From contig DCWS01000012.1 of the NCBI GenBank assembly GCA_002328165.1, forward strand, positions 8,225-72,224: a stretch of 64,000 bases of DNA. The letters run 5' to 3'. The stretch is from Desulfobacteraceae bacterium UBA2156 (lineage in GTDB: Bacteria > Desulfobacterota > Desulfobacteria > Desulfobacterales > UBA2156). The translations under genes were made by a program, and so were the position numbers. The notes below the pieces were generated by a model that saw nothing but the letters and a program-made list of their open reading frames with translations, had not been told where the DNA came from and searched no databases. This document shows, piece after piece, positions 58,136-64,000 of this stretch (its first letter is position 1; the number at the start of each line of letters is the position of its first letter).

Positions 58136-58296
58136 CGGTGTCTCCTGCCACAATAATCAAAAATAATTTGCGGTGGTTATACTAGACAAAATAGACCACC
58201 AAAGTCAACTTTCAAAGATCATTGACTAAAAACCGGATGCATGTTAATTTTGATAGTTTAAATAAAACTGATTTTCCAAAAAATATAGGTATTGTT

Positions 58297-59571
58297 ATGC
58301 TTGAAATCAAGTTTGTTAAAAAAAATTTATTTGAGGTAAAAAATGCCCTTTTGATGCGGGGGGAAACCGGTGATCTCGATACTTTCGAGAGTTGTGAAGC
58401 CAAACGCAGAGAATTTCTTTTTGAAATTGAACAATTGAGACATCACCGCAATGTGGTTTCTGATCAGATTGCGGAAATGAAAAAAAAAAGTGAGACCGAC
58501 GACGACCTGCTAAAAAAAATGCGCGGTGTTTCAAAAACGATCAAACAACTTGAAAAGAATCTTTCAGAATGTGAAGAAACAATGGAGCAGATTCTCATGG
58601 CTCTGCCCAATATACCCCATCCATCGGTTCCATTGGGAAAGGACAGTTCAGATAATCCGGTTTTAAAGCAGGTGGGTGAGCATCCGGATATACGTTTCAA
58701 ACCACAGCCACATTGGAGCATAGGGAGCCGGCTCAACATTCTCGATTTTGACAGAGCCTCCAAGATAGCAGGTGCCCGCTTTCCTCTATATTTCGGTGCG
58801 GGTGCAAGACTAGAGAGGGCCCTTATTAATTTTATGCTCGATGTACACACCACTGAACACGGTTACAAAGAGGTTCTTCCTCCCTTTATTGTGAATCGAC
58901 AAAGCATGACGAATACCGGTCAACTCCCGAAGTTTGAAGAAGATCTTTTTAAACTGGAGGGCTGGGATTATTTTCTGATCCCGACAGCAGAGGTCCCGGT
59001 TACCAATATCCACCAGAATGAGATCCTGGATGAAGATGTCCTCCCAATTAACTACACCGCCTACACCCCCTGCTTCCGCAGCGAAGCAGGATCCTATGGA
59101 AAAGATACAAAGGGACTAATCCGTCAACATCAGTTCAACAAAGTGGAACTGGTCAAATTAACCAAGCCGGAAACTTCCTACGATGAACTCGAAAAACTTC
59201 TCGGCCATGCTGAAACCATTCTACAATACTTAAAACTCCCTTATCAGGTTATAACCCTATGTTCAGGAGACCTGGGCTTCTCAGCGACAAAAACTTATGA
59301 TATTGAAGTCTGGCTGCCGGCCCAAGCCGTTTACAGGGAAATTTCTTCGTGTAGTAATTTTGAAAGCTTCCAGGCCCGGCGTGCGAACATCAGGTTCAGA
59401 AGAAAAGGGAAAAAGGGTACGGAATTGGTCCACACGTTGAACGGATCAGGGCTCGCGGTAGGACGTACGGTTGCCGCCATACTAGAGAACAATCAGCAGG
59501 CGGACGGATCGGTGGTCATCCCCGAGGTTTTAATATCTTATATGGGAAAAATGGAAGTAATCAAACCATGA
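58297..59571 (+). CDS. serS: Seryl-tRNA synthetase
   Basis: Start set at [11 protein letters not shown]. It has a coiled-coil tRNA-binding arm and class II motifs '[21 protein letters not shown]' and '[11 protein letters not shown]'. Confidence 0.9.
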   Translation: MLEIKFVKKNLFEVKNALLMRGETGDLDTFESCEAKRREFLFEIEQLRHHRNVVSDQIAEMKKKSETDDDLLKKMRGVSKTIKQLEKNLSECEETMEQILMALPNIPHPSVPLGKDSSDNPVLKQVGEHPDIRFKPQPHWSIGSRLNILDFDRASKIAGARFPLYFGAGARLERALINFMLDVHTTEHGYKEVLPPFIVNRQSMTNTGQLPKFEEDLFKLEGWDYFLIPTAEVPVTNIHQNEILDEDVLPINYTAYTPCFRSEAGSYGKDTKGLIRQHQFNKVELVKLTKPETSYDELEKLLGHAETILQYLKLPYQVITLCSGDLGFSATKTYDIEVWLPAQAVYREISSCSNFESFQARRANIRFRRKGKKGTELVHTLNGSGLAVGRTVAAILENNQQADGSVVIPEVLISYMGKMEVIKP

Positions 59572-61070
59572 TACTGCAGGACTGTCCGAAAACTATCCGG
59601 CCTTATCTCCTTCCGAAGCAAAAAGGGAAGCTGATTTATCGTTGTTTGGGTTGTGGTTTGGAATCCGGCATAGAAACGCTTTTATATACTTGTCCAAGCT
59701 GTAGTCAGGTGCTTTTGATTTATGATCTGGAATTTGACCGATTAAAAAAAATCTCGAAAAAAACATGGCAACAGATTTTCAATTATCGTAAAATGCTGAC
59801 GATCCCCGCGCTTAAGGGGATCTACATGTATCACGAATTTATCGGACCGATCATGCCCCTCGACGCCATTGTCTATTTGGGTGAGGGTCACACACCTGTT
59901 GTGGAAGCAAATGCGTTTATGCAGGATCGTGCAGGCATACAATTCTACTTCAAAAACGACGGCCAGAACCCCAGTGCGTCTTTTAAAGACCGGGGGATGG
60001 CCAGCGCCATAAGTTACATTCATTTTTTGTTACAGAAAGGATACCTCTCAGATGTGTTGGCCATATGCGCATCCACCGGAGATACATCCGCGGCAGCAGC
60101 CTTATACGCATCCTTTCTGAATCCCCGGGTCAAATCCGCCGTCTTGCTGCCCCACAAAAAGGTAACGGGACAACAGCTTTCCCAGCCATTGGGCAGCGGA
60201 GCGAAAGTGTTTGAAATTCCAGGGGTATTTGACGATTGCATGAAAGTGGTCGAAGCTTTATCAGACACGTACAATGTGGCCCTTTTAAACTCAAAAAATG
60301 CTTGGCGACTTCTGGGGCAGGAATCGTATTCCTATGAAATCGCACAAGATTTTGAATTTGACATGGAGAACAAGGTCGTGGTTTTGCCTATCGGCAATGC
60401 AGGCAATATCACGGCTGTGATGGGCGGATTTTTAAAGTTTTATGAAATCGGCATTATCAGCACCCTGCCAAAAATAATAGGAGTTCAGTCGGAACACGCC
60501 AACCCGGTTTATCGCTATTATCTGGAACCGGATCCGAAAAAACGCAAATTCGTTCCAATGACCGTAAAATCGAGCGTCGCCCAGGCTGCCATGATCGGCA
60601 ACCCGGTTTCAATGCCAAGGGTGATTCACCTGGTAGATATGTATAACAACATGTCAGACAAACAGAAAACTTTTTTTGTTGATGTTCCTGAACAGGCCAT
60701 AATGGATTGGGAGATTCTGGCAAACCGTAATGGACATATTGCCTGTACGCACGGTGGCGAATCTCTCGCCGGACTCGTGGTCGCCAGGCAAAAAGGGATT
60801 GTTGATAAAAACGAAATTGCTATCGTCGATTCCACTGCACATGCCTTGAAATTTTCTGGTTTTCAGGAAATGTATTTTAAAAAAAAATTTCCGCCGGAAT
60901 TTGAAATACTTCCTAATCCGGGCATAGTTAACACTCCTGAACTGATTCGACCAAAAGACCTCAAAAAGGTTCCGGAACCGGGAAGACCACTGAAGGGGAC
61001 CGAATTGAGGCTGTTTATCAGCCGTATTTCCGAAGAGATAGCAAAGATCCTTGAACTGGAAAAGGTATAA
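59568..61070 (+). CDS. thrC: Threonine synthase (long form with N-terminal Zn ribbon)
   Basis: Its ATG overlaps the serS stop (ATGA). 'CLGCG...CPSC', '[12 protein letters not shown]' (PLP Lys) and 'GNAGNITA'. Confidence 0.8.
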   Translation: MILQDCPKTIRPYLLPKQKGKLIYRCLGCGLESGIETLLYTCPSCSQVLLIYDLEFDRLKKISKKTWQQIFNYRKMLTIPALKGIYMYHEFIGPIMPLDAIVYLGEGHTPVVEANAFMQDRAGIQFYFKNDGQNPSASFKDRGMASAISYIHFLLQKGYLSDVLAICASTGDTSAAAALYASFLNPRVKSAVLLPHKKVTGQQLSQPLGSGAKVFEIPGVFDDCMKVVEALSDTYNVALLNSKNAWRLLGQESYSYEIAQDFEFDMENKVVVLPIGNAGNITAVMGGFLKFYEIGIISTLPKIIGVQSEHANPVYRYYLEPDPKKRKFVPMTVKSSVAQAAMIGNPVSMPRVIHLVDMYNNMSDKQKTFFVDVPEQAIMDWEILANRNGHIACTHGGESLAGLVVARQKGIVDKNEIAIVDSTAHALKFSGFQEMYFKKKFPPEFEILPNPGIVNTPELIRPKDLKKVPEPGRPLKGTELRLFISRISEEIAKILELEKV

Positions 61071-61075
61071 ATCCC

Positions 61076-61837
61076 ATGAAACCGTTTTGTTTTCATTTTG
61101 CAACCGGGTTTCTGGTAATACTCTTTTTAATTGGACCGTGGCATCCTGACCCCGTCTATAGCACTTTTTTATATAAAACCTACGTCGTGAAACAGGATAT
61201 GGGGTGGGACATCCTGTGTGACCCCCATATTGTTCAAAAGAATGAATCGCTTATAAACCTCTTTAAACAAAAAGGGGAGATTGCCTATAAGAATTTTCAA
61301 GGGTTTTTGAGAATATTTCGACGGATTAACCTGCATGTCCGGGCTATCGACAAGATTTTGCCCGGTCAGCACATTATTATCCCCATAAAAAAATTGGAAT
61401 CTGATGCCCTGCCCGGGCAATCGACAGGGATTGTTACTATCCCATTTGTGACCATCACCAACGTAAAGGAAATAATCGAATCGCACTCCACAGCCTATGA
61501 AATACAAAAAGGTGATTCCATATTCAGCCTGATCGACAGTAAATTCCGCAGGCACGGAAAAAAGTCATACCAGGAGAGAACCAGGTTGTTTTGGTTGATC
61601 AACCCTGATATCGAAGATCTGAATCGTATTTACCCCGGTCAGGCTATCCTGCTGCCGGATCCGGCAATGCGGAATCAACCGTGGAACCCTTCCTTGTTTG
61701 ACCGTAAGGGCAATCTGGTATCCATGGCATACATCGGCACAGTCTATCCAAGTACCGGTTCAATGTTGTATCAACCGATTGAAGCATCGGTACATCCGGC
61801 ATACTTTCCGCGTCAGTTTTCTTTTCTGTCAATATAA
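61076..61837 (+). CDS. Hypothetical secreted protein with two LysM-like repeats
   Basis: The repeats are 'HIVQKNESLINLF...INLHVRAIDKILPGQHIIIPI' and 'YEIQKGDSIFSLI...INPDIEDLNRIYPGQAILLPD'. The 3' ~190 nt overlap the convergent pilQ remnant, so the true end is uncertain. Confidence 0.4.
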   Translation: MKPFCFHFATGFLVILFLIGPWHPDPVYSTFLYKTYVVKQDMGWDILCDPHIVQKNESLINLFKQKGEIAYKNFQGFLRIFRRINLHVRAIDKILPGQHIIIPIKKLESDALPGQSTGIVTIPFVTITNVKEIIESHSTAYEIQKGDSIFSLIDSKFRRHGKKSYQERTRLFWLINPDIEDLNRIYPGQAILLPDPAMRNQPWNPSLFDRKGNLVSMAYIGTVYPSTGSMLYQPIEASVHPAYFPRQFSFLSI

Positions 61838-62339
61838 CCGGTTTTTTTGTTTTAGCTTCTTGTTTCAATATATCAGACGAAATTATCGGTGCTTTTTGAA
61901 ATGACACCCTAAGACCGCCGTTTTCCAGGTTGACGACATAAGGGGCATCTTTTTTCAAAAAAATCAATATCTTCGTCGTATGTCCCTCCTCGGTTAATTC
62001 CGAAGCTTGAATTAAACCAACGGTGTTGCTGTCCACCGTCTGTTTGATTTTGACATTCTCGAGCGTTGTTTCCGGAAAGAAAAGAACAACTCTCAAAGGT
62101 GAAGGCTGTTTAAAAGCACTGTAAGTGAGAAGCGGTTTCCCTTTGATCAGGACATGAATCGATTTCGGGTCATCGGTTGTGCTGATGTCGGTGATCCGCC
62201 TGAGCACTTGCGGTTTCTCAATGTCCTTTTGGGTCTGTTTTTTTACTCCGGTGGCACATCCTGTCAACAGTGCGATCAGTATTGCTCCACAGACGGCCCG
62301 GCGGAGATTTCTTCCCACAACTCCCATGTTACCTTCCAT
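61644..62339 (-). pseudogene. pilQ: Remnant of a PilQ-type secretin gene: lipoprotein signal plus one AMIN domain only
   Basis: Lipobox 'LLTGCA' and the AMIN-like 'ITDISTTDDPKSIHVLIKGKPLLTYSAFKQPSPLRVVLFFPET'. No secretin domain is present. The last ~40 codons are antisense read-through of the neighbouring gene. Confidence 0.5.
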
Positions 62340-62340
62340 G

Positions 62341-63152
62341 TTATCTTTCTCCAGGAGGCTTTTGGAGGTTCAGTTCTTGTTTACGCAAGGTCATTTTACC
62401 CAATAAATCTTCGGGAGAAATTTTATCAGGATGTTTTCCGAATTTAAGTTTTTCGGACTCCTCAGCAGAACAATCGAGATACGAAATTATTTGTTGATTG
62501 ATTTGGTCACATCCAACCGGAATATCTCGAATAAATTCAGAGGAAGCGCCTCTTAGCACGTTCAATGACGTTTTACTGGCACCAATATCAACCAGAGCTG
62601 CATTCCCGGGTTTTATACCATAATTCAACTCAAATATGTTTTGGAGTGAAAACGCATCGACATCTATGATGCTGTGGTGCAGTCCGGCCATCTAGATCAG
62701 ATCAATGTAGCTATTAATCATTTCCTGCTTTGCTGATACAGGAAGAACACTCATCTGGTCGGGATTATTTTCACTTTGCTCAAAGATTTGAAAATCAAGA
62801 TTTACATCGTTGATATCAAATGGAATATACTGTTCAGCTTCGAAATGAATAGTTTCCTGCAGTTGATCTTCCGGCATGCGTTGGATATTGATCTTTTTAA
62901 CTATAACCGAATATCCGCCAATTGATATGGCAACATTCTTCTCTTTGAATTTAGCCTGCTTAAAAAGATTTCGGATAGAACCGGCAACAGCTTCAAGGTC
63001 CTTAATCTCACCTTCCTGAATGGCATCTGCGGCAGTATCGATTACACCAAATTTGGTTAAGCGGTGCCCTCGATTTGTTTTTACGATTTCGGCCACTTTA
63101 ATGACTCTTGAACCAACATCAAGGCCAAAGAGATGGGTTTTTCCCCAAACAT
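62341..63152 (-). pseudogene. pilM: Type IV pilus assembly gene pilM, frameshifted, with an in-frame TAG and 3'-truncated
   Basis: ATG 63152 is 1 nt out of frame with 'THLFGLDVGSRVIKVAEIVK...' (indel in GGGG/AAAAA/CCC runs, 63135-63149). TAG at 62692-62694 interrupts 'YIDLI*MAGLHHSIIDVDAFSL'. Homology ends about 90 codons short of a full PilM. Confidence 0.7.
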
Positions 63153-63164
63153 AACGATTTCTTC

Positions 63165-63362
63165 TTAATCGGAAAATATTTTATTTTTTTCAGCAAGATC
63201 ATAGCCCAATACTAAAATCAGCTTGCGTTTGGTTTATAGCCGGCAGGGCATGCCGTTTTCTATTCGCGAAATGGTTATGGGGGAGACATTTGCCCTTTTG
63301 GCCAGCTCGGGTTTGCCCAGTAACAACGATTCTCTGATTTCTTTAAGAAAGTTATTCTTCAT
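63165..63362 (-). pseudogene. XRE-family helix-turn-helix regulator gene with an in-frame TAA
   Basis: My own translation gives 'MKNNFLKEIRESLLLGKPELAKRANVSPITISRIENGMPCRL*TKRKLILVLGYDLAEKNKIFSD*'. The TAA is at 63234-63236. Confidence 0.5.
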
Positions 63363-63572
63363 ATTCAGGGTCCCTATTAAAGCGGAACATAAAGCTCAAA
63401 ATGAATAAAATATAAATCAAAATTGTATCTCATCTATACAAAGTATATAGGTTAGTGAACAGAATTAAAGCCAAATAACCATTAACATTTAACCAACATC
63501 CCCAGTTGAGCCTTTTTTGTTCAATTGGGTTTATATAAAAACAACATAATTATATATAATTATACTCAAGTT

Positions 63573-63590
63573 TTGCAACTGATATTGCAA
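63573..63590. repeat. Palindromic operator-like site TTGCAACTGATATTGCAA
   Basis: Two TTGCAA hexamers are separated by 6 nt. A near copy AGCAACTGATATTACAA lies at 63695-63711. Confidence 0.3.
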
Positions 63591-63694
63591 GGAAAGTCGC
63601 ATCAGACATAAGGTAAAAAGAAATTTTTCCGGAAAAAATTGATGATGAGCGCTTTGACAACGGCACAAAACCTTATAAGAGTTAGCATTTCAGA

Positions 63695-63711
63695 AGCAAC
63701 TGATATTACAA
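63695..63711. repeat. Second copy of the operator-like site (AGCAACTGATATTACAA)
   Basis: It matches the 63573-63590 site at 15 of 17 positions, about 120 nt away, in an AT-rich non-coding region. Confidence 0.3.
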
Positions 63712-64000
63712 AAGAAACCAGACCATCGCATGCCTGTGCACGGTGATTACTTTATGGATAGCGATTCAAACTGATTGCCGCATTGTTTTTCCAAAAAAAT
63801 TTATTTACCCCACACCAGATGCGGCACCGTGCCCCATTGGAGGTGCGAAACTTGAAATTATATATTTATTCATGGAGTGAAAATAATGCTTTATCTTGAC
63901 TTTAAACAGGCGTTTTCTATATGGTTGCAGAGCTACTTTCAGACAATATGATCCCGTATTTTCTCTTAATCTTAGGATATCTAGTCGATTTTCAGCAACA

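Noticed and set aside
12269-63236. The many in-frame stops could reflect a stop-codon reassignment or alternative genetic code.
   Set aside because: All three stop codons occur as interruptions, and all three occur within the single K+ channel frame. All three also terminate the many intact housekeeping genes at the expected lengths.
1-64000. I searched for CRISPR arrays, tRNA/rRNA genes, IS elements, integrases and phage genes.
   Set aside because: I saw no regularly spaced direct repeats, no cloverleaf-compatible intergenic segments, and no transposase or integrase motifs on either strand. The deletions and pseudogenes are not visibly associated with mobile DNA.

Overview
This 64-kb chromosomal window has moderate GC by eye. 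Its gene content looks like an anaerobic Desulfobacterota or sulfate-reducer-type genome, but that taxonomy is inference only. I recognised no rRNA, tRNA, CRISPR array, transposase, integrase or prophage genes. About 50 ORFs look like intact housekeeping or metabolic genes: TRAP transporter, rmuC, hisD, serC, dus, gltA, mnmA, cysE, iscS/iscU-like, the mla operon, lpxC, ntrY/ntrX-like, rsmD, coaD, nrdJ, pcm, serS, thrC, comM and hup. Four things stand out. (1) In an mlaE-mlaF-mlaD-mlaC-mlaA operon, the MlaF ABC ATPase carries a C-terminal degenerate GGDEF domain. GGDEF is replaced by GRDKI, the RxxD I-site is retained at canonical spacing, and no MlaB/STAS gene is present. This is a candidate c-di-GMP-gated lipid-trafficking system. 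(2) A non-pyrrolysine MttB / corrinoid protein / MttB methyltransferase cluster sits at 33.1-37.0 kb, and a RACo-type corrinoid reductive activase lies 31 kb away at the window edge. (3) A sulfur-mobilisation cluster (two PP-loop tRNA thiolases, cysE, tusA-like, iscS-like, iscU, thiF-like) contains an IscS homologue that lacks the PLP Schiff-base lysine. (4) The load of young pseudogenes is unusually high. At least 9 genes carry 11 in-frame stop codons but very few frameshifts. Three of the stops are TAG codons at positions where the protein families have conserved Trp. There are also two deletion junctions where truncated genes abut. Most of the decay is concentrated in 37.0-44.2 kb and 56.5-63.4 kb. 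All family assignments come from reading motifs by eye and need HMM or BLAST confirmation.
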